The notes beneath the pieces were generated by a model. The model ran no database searches. It was not told where the DNA came from and saw only the letters and a list, made by a program, of their open reading frames with translations. This document shows positions 1 through 9,987 of a stretch of DNA of 64,000 bases, piece after piece. Position 1 is the stretch's first letter; each line of letters begins with the position of its first letter. The DNA is from an uncultured delta proteobacterium (GTDB lineage: Bacteria; Desulfobacterota; Desulfuromonadia; Desulfuromonadales; BM103): positions 38,385 through 102,384 of the forward strand of contig CAVQRZ010000029.1 of NCBI GenBank assembly GCA_963715335.1, written 5' to 3'. The position numbers were made by a program, and so were the translations under genes.

Positions 1-735
1 AGAGAGCAGACACCGCTGCCCACGGCGGAAGATCCGATCGCCGCGCTGCTGAACGAAACATCCGACGACCAGGGGCCGGACACGCCTCTGCAGAAGATGG
101 GCTACTCGATCCAGGTCGGAGCTTTCAGCAACCTCGACAACGCCGTACAACTGGAGCAGCTCCTCGAATCCCGGGGGATCGACGCCTACTACTTCCGTCA
201 TGAATCGGGACTCTACAAAGTCCGCTTCGGCAACCACGCCACCTACCAGCCGGCGCGCAGCGAGGCGGAACGCCTGCAGGCACAGGGGTTGATCGACAGC
301 TTCTTCATCGTCTTTCCGGAAGACTATACTGCGGCACGGATCGAGAAGACCGGCAAAGGCGATCTGCGCAACGAGCTGGTCAATACCGCGAAAAGTTTCA
401 TCGGCACCCCCTATCGCTGGGGCGGCACCACGGCCGAAAACGGTTTTGACTGCAGCGGCCTGACCATGGTCTCCTACCGCCTCAACGGCCTCAACCTGCC
501 GCGGGTTTCGCGCAGCCAGTACAAGGCCGGCAAATGGGTTGCCAAGTCGGCACTGCGACCAGGCGACCTGGTCTTCTTTGCCACCAAGGGCGGCAAGCGG
601 GTGACACACGTCGGCATGTATGCCGGCAACGGTGAATTCATTCACGCGCCGCGCACCGGCAAAAACGTCCGCATCGAAAAGCTCTCCAACAAGTTCTTTG
701 CCAAAACCTACGTTGGCGGCAGGACTTATCTTTGA
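1..735 (+). CDS. SPOR-domain / NlpC-P60 (C40) cell-wall peptidase, 5' end probably outside the window
   Basis: Frame is open from base 1. SPOR motif YSIQVGAF...YKVRFG, then NlpC/P60 motifs GTPYRWGG, FDCSG, GDLVFF, HVGMY, FIHA. Confidence 0.9.
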   Translation, partial: REQTPLPTAEDPIAALLNETSDDQGPDTPLQKMGYSIQVGAFSNLDNAVQLEQLLESRGIDAYYFRHESGLYKVRFGNHATYQPARSEAERLQAQGLIDSFFIVFPEDYTAARIEKTGKGDLRNELVNTAKSFIGTPYRWGGTTAENGFDCSGLTMVSYRLNGLNLPRVSRSQYKAGKWVAKSALRPGDLVFFATKGGKRVTHVGMYAGNGEFIHAPRTGKNVRIEKLSNKFFAKTYVGGRTYL

Positions 736-826
736 TGAGGTGCGAAGTGAGAAAACCCTGTAAACTGAAAGGCGCCATTGTGCTTTTTCGCATCTCGCAC
801 CCCGCACCTCGCGCCTCGAGAATCTA

Positions 827-2197
827 ATGTCCCAACACGTGTCCCGCACCGCGACGCTCATGGTCGTCTGCACCGCCCACTTCCTCATGCCTTTCATGAT
901 GTCGGCGGTCGGCGTGGCGCTGCCGGCGATCGGCCGCGACTTCAATGCCAGCGCCATGCAGCTTGGCCTGGTGGAAACCACTTACGTCCTCTCCGCCTCG
1001 ATCTTCCTGCTGGCCATGGGTCGCATGGGTGATATCCATGGCCGCCGCAAGATCTTCCAGTACGGCATCGTCGCCTTCACTGTCGCCGGCGGACTGCTCT
1101 CCCAGGCCTGGTCGATCGAGTCGATGATCGTCATGCGTTTTCTGCAGGGGATGGGCGGATCAATGGTCATGGCGACCACCTTCGCCATCGTTGTCTCGGT
1201 ATTCCCGGCCGAAGAACGCGGCAAGGCGCTCGGCATAGCGGTCGCCAGCGTCTATGCCGGCATCTCCTGCGGCCCCTTCGTCGGCGGCGCCCTGGTCACC
1301 GCATTCGGCTGGCGGTCGATCTTCTACCTGGCCGTACCGCTCGGCGCGATCACCTTTGCCACCAGCTGCGCCAAGCTGCGCGGCGAGTGGGCGGAATCCC
1401 GCGGCGAACCCTTCGACTGGCGCGGCAGCCTGGTCTACGCCGCGGCCATCCTGATGCTGATCAGCGGGGCGTCCAATCTCGACCAGGGATGGTGGGCCTG
1501 GGCCCTGGCGGCGGGGGGAACGGCAGGCCTGATCCATTTCCTGATCCTGGAATCCCGCACCGAGTACCCGGTCCTTAACGTCAACCTCCTGCGCAACAAC
1601 CGCGTCTTCGCCTTCTCCAACCTGGCCGCCCTGCTCAACTACGCGGCGACCTTCGGCGTCACCTTTTTCCTGAGCCTCTACCTGCAGTACGTCAAGGGGC
1701 TCAACCCGCGCGAAGCAGGAACCATACTGATTCTCCAGCCGATCATCCAGGCGGTCTTTTCACCTTTCTGCGGTCGACTTGCCGACCGCTTCTCCGCACC
1801 GGCTGTGGCAACGATCGGCATGGGCCTCTGCGCCACAGGCCTCGGCCTTGCCGCGACCATCACCGCGACCACGCCGATCTCCCTGGTCCTGGCAACCCTG
1901 GCGGCTCTCGGTCTCGGCTTCGCCCTCTTCTCATCGCCAAACATCAGCGTCATCATGGGCAGCATCCCGACCCGTTACCTCGGTGTCGCCTCGGGGCTCA
2001 ACAGCACCATGCGCACCCTGGGCATGATGGTCAGCATGACGGTCATCACCATAATCTTTTCCATCTTCATGGGCGGACAGGCCGTCACTCCACAAACCCA
2101 GGGACAATTCCTCGACAGCATGAGAACCTCCCTGCTGACCTTCTCGACATTGTGCATCATCGGTATTTTTTTCTCGCTTGGCCGGATTCGCAAATAA
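827..2197 (+). CDS. MFS transporter, DHA2 (14-TMS drug:H+ antiporter-like)
   Basis: Motif A GRMGDIHGRRK, motif B RFLQGMG, motif C-like GPFVGG; many hydrophobic helices. Confidence 0.9.
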   Translation: MSQHVSRTATLMVVCTAHFLMPFMMSAVGVALPAIGRDFNASAMQLGLVETTYVLSASIFLLAMGRMGDIHGRRKIFQYGIVAFTVAGGLLSQAWSIESMIVMRFLQGMGGSMVMATTFAIVVSVFPAEERGKALGIAVASVYAGISCGPFVGGALVTAFGWRSIFYLAVPLGAITFATSCAKLRGEWAESRGEPFDWRGSLVYAAAILMLISGASNLDQGWWAWALAAGGTAGLIHFLILESRTEYPVLNVNLLRNNRVFAFSNLAALLNYAATFGVTFFLSLYLQYVKGLNPREAGTILILQPIIQAVFSPFCGRLADRFSAPAVATIGMGLCATGLGLAATITATTPISLVLATLAALGLGFALFSSPNISVIMGSIPTRYLGVASGLNSTMRTLGMMVSMTVITIIFSIFMGGQAVTPQTQGQFLDSMRTSLLTFSTLCIIGIFFSLGRIRK

Positions 2198-2293
2198 AAT
2201 TCACGGGGCTGGTTCCTCTCGGGCCGGCAGGAAAATTCGCGCAACCCGTGTTAAGATTAAAAGCACGACCGGCGAACCTTCCCTGGAGAGAGC

Positions 2294-3604
2294 ATGAAAA
2301 CCGATCGTCCCGGCATATCCCCGCTGTTCCTCAGCCAGTTTGAAGTCGACGAGGCCGTTCCTTTCAAGCGCCACCTTAATCGCCTCGAAGTAGAGATCGG
2401 CAGAGAGGACTACAGCCATCTCAAACGGGTTGAGCTGCTCGACCACATGCCGGGTAGCGAGCATTTTACGGCCATGATCGAGATTACCGAACGCCTGTTG
2501 AAGTCGACCCAGAACAATTACAACCGGCAGCTTCTCAAACGCCTGGATGCCCGCATTTACCTGGACACCGATCACTATGCCATCTATTACCGCCTGCCGG
2601 ACCGTTGTCTGCGCTTTGTCGCCGCCTGGCGAGAGACGGTTTTACTAAAGTTTTTCTCCGCCGTACCAATTGCAGACTGCGGCTGGCGCCCGTGCGGGAA
2701 ATCCTTGCCGGAATTCGAAGGCCGTTACCTGCCGGATGCGGCCGGCGGCGTCTTGCTCCTGCGCCACCTGCGGGACAATGTCCGGCAGCGCTTGCCGCTG
2801 GTCACCGCCAGTCATGGCCCCTACGATCCGCACACCCTGGAAGTCGCCCTCTACTTTCTGCGGGCCGGCAAGGGCGGCTCGGCACTTATCAATCTCGGCT
2901 TTGCCGGCCGCGAGCCTTTGACCGACGAAAACGTCAGGCAACTCGAATCATGGGGCATCCCGCTTAACCCGAGCAACATCGATGTTATCTACCCATACAT
3001 CGACGAGCACGGCCACCCCTACTGCTACAAACTTGAAGAAGGGCTGCCGCATTTCATCGCTGCACTGGGCATGGAACTGCCTGGACTGGTCATCGATGTC
3101 CACGGTTGCGTCGGCACCTTCAGCGACGATCGGCGCGTCGTGGTCGGTCTTGGCGGTTTGCCCCCTTTCCTGAACCCGGACGCGGTCGGTTCTTTCCTCA
3201 AGGAAGCAGGCGTCCTGTTTTTACAGCCGAACAAGCTTCTGCGTGACGGGCTGGACCTGGTCCGCGAACTCTCCGACGAAATGTACGTGCAGTTCTGTGC
3301 CGGAGCTCACCTCTGCTATAACTTTGCCCTGCTTGGCCGCATGCAGCTGCTCGGTTTCCAGGTCAACCCAAAGACCGATATCGACAGCCTGCTCGACGGA
3401 GAGGAACGGGCCTTCCTGCCGAAAGAGAATCTGCGCTGGATTCCCGGTGCCGGAGCAAACGCCCTGCAGCGGATCGCCGTCAACAGGCTCAACCCGGAGT
3501 CCCGGTGCCTGCACGTCGAAATCCCCACGGCCGTGCGCCGCAAGATGGTGCTCAAACTGCGTTCTCTGGAGATCGAATCGTCGCTGGATGCCAGCGGATT
3601 GTAA
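2294..3604 (+). CDS. Hypothetical protein, possible N-formylglutamate amidohydrolase-like Zn-hydrolase fold
   Basis: 436-aa ORF with RBS GGAGAG; motifs PLVTASHG, LVIDVHG, CLHVEI. Confidence 0.7.
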   Translation: MKTDRPGISPLFLSQFEVDEAVPFKRHLNRLEVEIGREDYSHLKRVELLDHMPGSEHFTAMIEITERLLKSTQNNYNRQLLKRLDARIYLDTDHYAIYYRLPDRCLRFVAAWRETVLLKFFSAVPIADCGWRPCGKSLPEFEGRYLPDAAGGVLLLRHLRDNVRQRLPLVTASHGPYDPHTLEVALYFLRAGKGGSALINLGFAGREPLTDENVRQLESWGIPLNPSNIDVIYPYIDEHGHPYCYKLEEGLPHFIAALGMELPGLVIDVHGCVGTFSDDRRVVVGLGGLPPFLNPDAVGSFLKEAGVLFLQPNKLLRDGLDLVRELSDEMYVQFCAGAHLCYNFALLGRMQLLGFQVNPKTDIDSLLDGEERAFLPKENLRWIPGAGANALQRIAVNRLNPESRCLHVEIPTAVRRKMVLKLRSLEIESSLDASGL

Positions 3605-3636
3605 TTTTCGAGATTGGATGGATTTTGGATAAAATG

Positions 3637-3665
3637 ACAGGGCTGCCGATTGGCAGCCCTGTTTG
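3637..3665. terminator. Intrinsic terminator between convergent genes
   Basis: ACAGGGCTGCC-GATT-GGCAGCCCTGT 11-bp stem followed by a T-rich tail. Confidence 0.75.
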
Positions 3666-3684
3666 TTCTCTCGGCTTTGCCAGT

Positions 3685-3843
3685 TCAGTAGATCACGATG
3701 TAACCATGCTCCGTCGCGATCTTGGAAATTTCCAAAACGTCATTGATCTGGTAAGATTCGCCGTCGAGGACGAACGTGTACCCACCTTCAGGGTTCTCCT
3801 TGGCCAGCTCGATCAGCGCTTCAAAGCTGGCCGTCTTGATCAT
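3685..3843 (-). CDS. Small hypothetical protein, 52 aa (not in the ORF track)
   Basis: Translated by hand: MIKTASFEALIELAKENPEGGYTFVLDGESYQINDVLEISKIATEHGYIVIY. Strong RBS GGAGGAAAAGGGG, host-like codons, ends just before the terminator. Confidence 0.75.
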   Translation of the reverse strand: MIKTASFEALIELAKENPEGGYTFVLDGESYQINDVLEISKIATEHGYIVIY

Positions 3844-3866
3844 GGTCATCCCTTTTCCTCCGTGAG

Positions 3867-4679
3867 CTAGAGCAGTGACATGACTTCTTCGTGCAGCTGA
3901 CGATTGGCCGCAGCGACGACAAAACCGCCGGCCACCGGGCTCTCGCCCCGGGCATTGGTCACCACGCCGCCGGCGGCCTCGATGATCGGTATCAGCGGCA
4001 CGATGTCGTATGGTTTCAGGGTATCCTCTACCACCAGGTCAATCCGGCCGAGCGCCAGCATACAGTAGGCATAGCAGTCGCCGCCGAAACGCTGCAGGCG
4101 CGCCCTGGCGGCGATGCGGCGGAAGGCTGCGAGGTTGTGCTCATCGACAAACATGCTCTCGTGCGTGCAGTACAGGATGGCTTCCTTGAGATGCGCCGTC
4201 GGCCGGGTCTGCAGCGCGACGGTCCTGCCGTGTTGCCGCAAAACACCCCCGGCCGCGCTGCCGGAAAAAAGTTCCCCGGTCGCCGGCTGGTACATCAGCC
4301 CGGCCAGGGCCCGATCGCCCTGCTGCAGACCGAGCAGGATTCCCCAGGTCGGGAAGCCGCTGATAAACGACTTGGTGCCGTCGATCGGATCGATCAACCA
4401 GTTGACATTCGAGCTGCCGGGCATGACGCCCTCTTCTTCGCCGATGATCCCGAACTCCGGGAACCGGCGGCCAAGCTCTTCCCGCAGGAACGCCTCCACA
4501 GCACGATCGGCAGCGGTCACCGGGTCGAAGCCGCTTTCACCGAGCTTGTTGTCCACCTCGATGGGCTGGCGGAAATAGCGCAGGGCGATGTTCCCTGCTC
4601 CCGGCATAACCTGCTGGGCGAACAGCAACGCCCGGGCTATTTCGTCGGGCGTCAAATTGGCCTGCTTGTCTTTGTCCAT
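3867..4679 (-). CDS. hisN: Histidinol-phosphatase, inositol monophosphatase family
   Basis: DPVTAADR, GIIGEE, WLIDPIDGTKSFISG, FGGDCYAY, LKPYDI motifs. Confidence 0.8.
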   Translation of the reverse strand: MDKDKQANLTPDEIARALLFAQQVMPGAGNIALRYFRQPIEVDNKLGESGFDPVTAADRAVEAFLREELGRRFPEFGIIGEEEGVMPGSSNVNWLIDPIDGTKSFISGFPTWGILLGLQQGDRALAGLMYQPATGELFSGSAAGGVLRQHGRTVALQTRPTAHLKEAILYCTHESMFVDEHNLAAFRRIAARARLQRFGGDCYAYCMLALGRIDLVVEDTLKPYDIVPLIPIIEAAGGVVTNARGESPVAGGFVVAAANRQLHEEVMSLL

Positions 4680-5009
4680 AGGGGCGCAATCTCACAATGG
4701 TATGTTCTGCTTCGAGGCATTCTACAGGAAAGCGGATCGTTCTTCAAAAGAAACCGCATCGGCCCGGTTAACCATCGATGACCACGGATCGGCACAGATA
4801 AACCATAAAAACCGGCAAGGGTTAAAAACATGGCGCGGTGATAGCCCTGTATCGATTTTCTTGGAAGATTCCCCTTGATACGGACAAGCAACAGTCCCGC
4901 TCTCTGCCTGCCAAAGCCTCGCGAGAATCATCCATACGTGTATAATTACGGAAGAACCCTGCTGACCCCTTGGCTTGTCAAACAAGATATTTCCCTCAGG
5001 AGCCTGACC

Positions 5010-7352
5010 ATGCTGCCCGACCACCTGATTCTGTATTTTTTGCTCGCGGCCGTGGTTATCCTGCTTGTTACCGAGTGGATCCCCCTTGAGGCGACAGCCT
5101 TGCTGACCATGGGCGTTCTCGGAGTCACCGGCCTGGTGTCCGCCCAGGAGGCACTGGCAGGGTTCAGTAGCCCGGCGGTCATCACCATCTGGGCGGTTTT
5201 TATTCTCAGCGGTGCATTAGACCGGACTGGAGTGGCAGACCTTATCGGCCGTGGTCTCCAGCGCATGGCCGGCCGGACCGAGATCGGCCTGACAACCGTT
5301 CTGATGCTGGGAGCCGGACTGATGTCGGCGGTGATGAACAATGTCGCTGTTGCCGCGCTGCTGCTGCCGGTAACCATGGACCTGGCCCGGGCCAACCACA
5401 TCCCGCCTTCTCGCCTGCTGATGCCCCTCGCCTACGGTTCGCTGCTCGGGGGGCTCACGACGATGATCGGCACGCCGCCCAACATTCTTGTCAGCAACGC
5501 CCTCGGAGAGGCTGGCCTGAAAGCCTTCGGTCTGTTTGATTTCACTCCCATAGGGGGGGTGATCCTGCTGGCCGGGACCGCCTTCATGGTCTTTGCAGGC
5601 AGGCTGCTGCTGCCACGGCGTGATGTTGCCTCGGTAGCGGGCCGCTCTGCAGAAGCCTTGCCGGGTCAGTATCAGCTGCAGGAGCGGACCTTCACCCTGA
5701 CCCTGCCGGCAGGGAATAACCTGGTCGGCATGACCCTCGCCAACAGCCGGCTCGGCACGGCAACCGGCCTTTATGTTGTCGCGGTTATCCGCGGGGCACA
5801 GACCATCGTCGCGCCTTCTGCCGACTTCGCCCTCCAGGCTCGCGACAAGCTCTTCGTTCAAGGCCGCCTGGAGAGATTCTACGACATCCAGGCGCTGGTC
5901 AACCTGATTGTTGCTGAAGAAACCTTCGACCTGAAGTGGTTTGCCGACAAAAACCTGGCCCTGGCGGAAACTTTTCTGCCCGCCGACTCCACGCTGGTCG
6001 GTCGCCCTCTTGCAGAAGCCATGGCGGATGACGCTCGCGACATACAGATCCTTGCCTTGCGTCGCGGAGAAGAGTTGCACTTCGCGCCGGGCGCGGACAC
6101 CAGTCTGCAAACTGGTGATCATTTCCTGCTTTACGGCAAATCCGAGGCCATCACCAGCTTACAGACAGATCCCGACCGATACAGTTTGAGCGAAGCACAA
6201 GAGGTCAGTCATCTGCAGGCAGAGTACCGTCTCAACGAACGGCTGCTCAGCCTGCACCTGGTTGAGGATACCGATCTGACAGATATCTCCCTCGAAATCC
6301 CGCGACTGGAGGAGCTGCTCGGCCTGAAGATTCTCTCTGTCCACCGGCCGAAAGAACTCAACGATACCGAATTGACCGTCGGCGACCAGGTGCTCGCCAT
6401 CGATGTCGGCCGTTCGCTACCCGGGCTCTACGGACTGGCCGACCTGCTGATCGACACAGACGCCGCGCCTACCGACCTGCTCAACTCCGGGCAGGTTGGG
6501 CTAGCCGAGGCAGTGCTTGCGCCGCGCTCAGGTCTGAGCGGCAAGACCCTGCGGCAATTGAAGTTCCGTGACAGGTACGGGGTCGGGATTCTCGCTATCT
6601 GGCGATCCGGTCGGGCCTACCGGACGCTGCTCCGTGATTTTGAACTCCAGTTCGGTGATGCCCTGCTGCTCTTCGGCCCTCTCGACCGGCTTCGGGCCCT
6701 GGCCGGGCATCCCGACCTGATTGTGCTCAGCGGCTCGCTTCAGGAGCCCCGCAGAACCGAAAAAGCCCGCCTGGCCAGCCTGGTGATGGCGCTCACCCTG
6801 ATCCCGGTGCTGTTCAGCCTGGTCCCGATCCAGCTGGCCGTTGTCATCGGCTCCGCGGCGATGGTTGTGACGCGCTGCCTCTCCATGGAGGAGGCATATC
6901 GTGCCATCGAATGGCGCGCGGTGTTCCTGATTGCCGGTCTGCTGCCGCTCGGCTCGGCCCTTGAACGGAGCGGCATTGCCGCCGAGGTGGCATTGAAAGT
7001 AGTAGAGCTGGGCAGCGGGTACGGGCCGATGGCCTTGCTGGCCGGGCTGGTGCTTTTGACCTTCGCCGCCACGTGCATAATCCCGACTGCGGCCCTGGTC
7101 TTGCTGATGGCGCCGATTGCGCTGAGTACGGCAAACGCTGCCGGGCTGTCCCCCCATTCACTGCTGATGGCCATTGCCATAGCCTCGTCCGCCAGTTTTC
7201 TTACGCCTATCGCCCACCCGGCCAACATTCTGGTCATGGGGCCCGGCGGTTACCGTTTTCGCGACTACATCATCGTCGGCTTTCCGTTGACCCTGGTCGT
7301 TTTTGTCATCATTATGGTTTTGGTTCCATTGGTTTGGCCATTGCACCCTTAG
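5010..7352 (+). CDS. SLC13/DASS family permease with RCK_C (TrkA-C) domains
   Basis: SAVMNNVA, GLTTMIGTPPN, FLTPIAHPAN motifs; start moved to ATG 5010 (RBS CAGGAG). Confidence 0.88.
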   Translation: MLPDHLILYFLLAAVVILLVTEWIPLEATALLTMGVLGVTGLVSAQEALAGFSSPAVITIWAVFILSGALDRTGVADLIGRGLQRMAGRTEIGLTTVLMLGAGLMSAVMNNVAVAALLLPVTMDLARANHIPPSRLLMPLAYGSLLGGLTTMIGTPPNILVSNALGEAGLKAFGLFDFTPIGGVILLAGTAFMVFAGRLLLPRRDVASVAGRSAEALPGQYQLQERTFTLTLPAGNNLVGMTLANSRLGTATGLYVVAVIRGAQTIVAPSADFALQARDKLFVQGRLERFYDIQALVNLIVAEETFDLKWFADKNLALAETFLPADSTLVGRPLAEAMADDARDIQILALRRGEELHFAPGADTSLQTGDHFLLYGKSEAITSLQTDPDRYSLSEAQEVSHLQAEYRLNERLLSLHLVEDTDLTDISLEIPRLEELLGLKILSVHRPKELNDTELTVGDQVLAIDVGRSLPGLYGLADLLIDTDAAPTDLLNSGQVGLAEAVLAPRSGLSGKTLRQLKFRDRYGVGILAIWRSGRAYRTLLRDFELQFGDALLLFGPLDRLRALAGHPDLIVLSGSLQEPRRTEKARLASLVMALTLIPVLFSLVPIQLAVVIGSAAMVVTRCLSMEEAYRAIEWRAVFLIAGLLPLGSALERSGIAAEVALKVVELGSGYGPMALLAGLVLLTFAATCIIPTAALVLLMAPIALSTANAAGLSPHSLLMAIAIASSASFLTPIAHPANILVMGPGGYRFRDYIIVGFPLTLVVFVIIMVLVPLVWPLHP

Positions 7353-7500
7353 GGGAATGTTTATGTCGTAGAGCCGAACCGCGGCAAACAGCCGCGAGCC
7401 GTTTACCGAGCGGATCAATTTGGCTTTCGACCGTTTTGTGGCAGATTTGTAACAAGCCTCCAGAGCATCGGGGCCAGCCTTTTACATCACGGAGTCCCTG

Positions 7501-9342
7501 ATGGACAGTCTTATGCTTCCCCCTAACCCACATGCCGCGGCAGTGCTTGCCCTTGCAATTTTCGCCTTGCTGCTGTTTACCCGGAAGAACCTTCCGCTGG
7601 AAACGGCAAGCTTTATCATCCTGATTTCGCTGGCCGTGGGATTTCAGCTTTTTCCGTTTCAAGTCGATGGGAAAATTCTGCATCCTGACATTTTTTTTCA
7701 CGGTTTCGGCCACGAAGCGCTGGTGGCGGTTTGTGCCCTGATGATTGCCGGCCAGGGCGTCGTCCGTACCGGAGCCCTGGAGCCGGTGGGTCGAGGGCTC
7801 GCCCGCCTGTGGAAAATCAGTCCGGGCGCTTCTTTGTTGCTCACCCTGTTGGTCGCTGCTTTCATCAGCGCCTTTATCAACAACGTTCCCGTCGTTGTCT
7901 TGCTCTTGCCGATTCTGATCAGCGTCTCCATCCGGACCAAGACCAGGGCTTCTTCGGTGCTCATGCCGATGGGCTTTGCGACCCTGCTGGGCGGCACCTG
8001 CACCACCATAGGCACCTCTACCAACCTCCTGGTGGTCTCCGTTGCCGCAGATATGGGTCTAAGAAAAATGGGGATGTTTGACTTTCTTCTCCCGGCCTTG
8101 ATCGCCGGGGGAATCGGCATCGCCTACCTCTGGCTGATTGTCCCACGGATCATACCGGAACGGAAACTGACCCTGGCAGACACCTCGCCAAGGGTTTTTA
8201 CCGCACACCTGGCGCTCCGTGATGAAAGTTCAATCATCGGAAAAACTCTTGCAGAGGCCATCAAGAAAGTTGACGGAGCGATTAAGATACAGGGGGTCAC
8301 GCGCGACACGGGCAGTCTCACCATGCCGCTGCCCAGCGTGGTCCTGAGGGCCGGGGATCAACTTATTATCCGCGACACCCCGGAGCGGCTGAAAGAGCTC
8401 GAAGACGTGCTGGGAGGGACTCTTTACCAGGATGAGAACCTGGGCAGCCCGGTGGATGAAGAGCACCCGCTCAAGGCAGAAGATCAGCAGATCGCCGAAA
8501 TTGCGGTCATTCATGGCTCACATTTACGGGGAAAAACCTTCAGTGAAGTCCGTTTTGCCGACCGTTACGGGATTATCATTCTGGCCATTCACAGAGCAGG
8601 CAAGCGACTGCAGAAGGGGTTCGACTCGATCAGCAACATCCGCCTGCAGTCAGGCGACGTTCTGCTGGTCCAGGGTCCGCGCGAACAGATCACCGACCTG
8701 AAAAAAGAAAAGGACCTCCTGGTCCTGGACGCCACGATGGATCTCCCCTACACGAAGAAAGCGCCCCTGGCGATGATGATCATGCTGGCGATCATTTTCT
8801 CGGCGGCCTTCGGCTGGCTGCCGATTGCGATCAGCGCATCGTGCGGCGCTCTGGTCATGATTATCTGCGGTTGCCTGAGTTGGAACGATGCGACCAAAGC
8901 TTTAAGTACCCAGGTCATCATGATCGTTGTGGCGAGTTTGGCACTGGGCTCGGCACTCCTGCAAACAGGGGGGGCTGATTACCTGGCACAATTGTTTCTC
9001 AGCCTTTCGGGAGACGCATCACCCACCGTCATGCTCAGCGGTCTGATGCTGCTGATGGCGGTTCTCACCAACGCCGTCTCCAATAATGCCACAGCCGTTA
9101 TGGGCACCCCCATTGCCATATCAATTGCGGCCCAGATGGGACAACCGGCTGAGCCCTTTGTGCTGGCAGTGCTTTTCGGTGCCAACATGAGCTTTGCCAC
9201 GCCGATGGCCTATAAGACGAATCTTCTCGTCATGAATGCCGGTGAATATACCTTTAGCGATTTTCTGCGAGTCGGCATCCCATTGGTACTGATTCTCTGG
9301 GGCACCTTGTCCTGGCTGTTGCCAACCCTGTACGGGTTTTAA
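7501..9342 (+). CDS. SLC13/DASS family permease with two RCK_C domains
   Basis: SAFINNVP, GTCTTIGTSTN, SNNATA, FATPMAYKTN motifs. Confidence 0.9.
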   Translation: MDSLMLPPNPHAAAVLALAIFALLLFTRKNLPLETASFIILISLAVGFQLFPFQVDGKILHPDIFFHGFGHEALVAVCALMIAGQGVVRTGALEPVGRGLARLWKISPGASLLLTLLVAAFISAFINNVPVVVLLLPILISVSIRTKTRASSVLMPMGFATLLGGTCTTIGTSTNLLVVSVAADMGLRKMGMFDFLLPALIAGGIGIAYLWLIVPRIIPERKLTLADTSPRVFTAHLALRDESSIIGKTLAEAIKKVDGAIKIQGVTRDTGSLTMPLPSVVLRAGDQLIIRDTPERLKELEDVLGGTLYQDENLGSPVDEEHPLKAEDQQIAEIAVIHGSHLRGKTFSEVRFADRYGIIILAIHRAGKRLQKGFDSISNIRLQSGDVLLVQGPREQITDLKKEKDLLVLDATMDLPYTKKAPLAMMIMLAIIFSAAFGWLPIAISASCGALVMIICGCLSWNDATKALSTQVIMIVVASLALGSALLQTGGADYLAQLFLSLSGDASPTVMLSGLMLLMAVLTNAVSNNATAVMGTPIAISIAAQMGQPAEPFVLAVLFGANMSFATPMAYKTNLLVMNAGEYTFSDFLRVGIPLVLILWGTLSWLLPTLYGF

Positions 9343-9443
9343 CGATCGCGGCCCTACCGTCTCAACCCCCCCGGGATTGTGGGGCGTGGGAGAGGCATTC
9401 AGGCGTTATCAATATCGTCATATTTGGCAGAAAGCATATAAAT

Positions 9444-9677
9444 ATGTCCGTTCCTCGCAAGCTAGACCACCCTTTTACAAATCTGCTATATGGCATTTTA
9501 TTCATTCTGTTCGGCTTGTTTGCGCTGCTGCTGGCGTTGACTATGTGGAGGTCTATTGATAACTGGCTACTGCTGACGATCACACTTGTTTCTTTCGCTG
9601 TTCCTGCGTTTGCAGCTTTTTTCCTGGGGGTCAGGCGGCTGGTTCAGTTCGTAAAGTGTTATTCGTCAGCTCGGTAG
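9444..9677 (+). CDS. Small two-TM hypothetical membrane protein
   Basis: 77-aa ORF with two hydrophobic helices; AT-rich, weak RBS. Confidence 0.45.
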   Translation: MSVPRKLDHPFTNLLYGILFILFGLFALLLALTMWRSIDNWLLLTITLVSFAVPAFAAFFLGVRRLVQFVKCYSSAR

Positions 9678-9789
9678 ACAGAGACGGCAAGGGTCTCATT
9701 CACCAGGCAATTCAGGACAACGCCATGGCCTGCCTATCTGAACTGAGGGCTTGCGCAGATAAAAGGCGAAAAGCATAAAAATGACGCAT

Positions 9790-9860
9790 AACAAAAGCCC
9801 CCGGGCGAACCGGGGGCTTTATGGAGGTCGTTTATGAAGAAGATTTATATTCATAAACTG
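9790..9860 (-). ncRNA. Candidate small regulatory RNA (~70 nt)
   Basis: Extended -10 TGTTACGAT (9873-9865); 5' hairpin TTTATGAA/TTCATAAA; single-stranded CGACCTCCAT; terminator. Confidence 0.4.
9793..9820 (-). terminator. Intrinsic terminator, possibly bidirectional
   Basis: AAAGCCCCCGG-GCGAA-CCGGGGGCTTT perfect stem with T-tract on the minus strand. Confidence 0.85.
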
Positions 9861-9987
9861 GTTTATCGTAACATATTGATTCTCATTTTTTTCTCATACG
9901 TCTTTTGACCTAACAAATGCTCGTCAGACAAGCATTTCCAATGCTGTACCGTTTAACCGAAACGACTGGTTCTCGGAAGACCGGGCG

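Noticed and set aside
4831..4846. sigma54-like box TGGCGCG-N4-TAGC upstream of the first SLC13 gene
   Set aside because: Mismatches in both half-sites and no clear IHF or UAS support; could be chance in GC-rich DNA.
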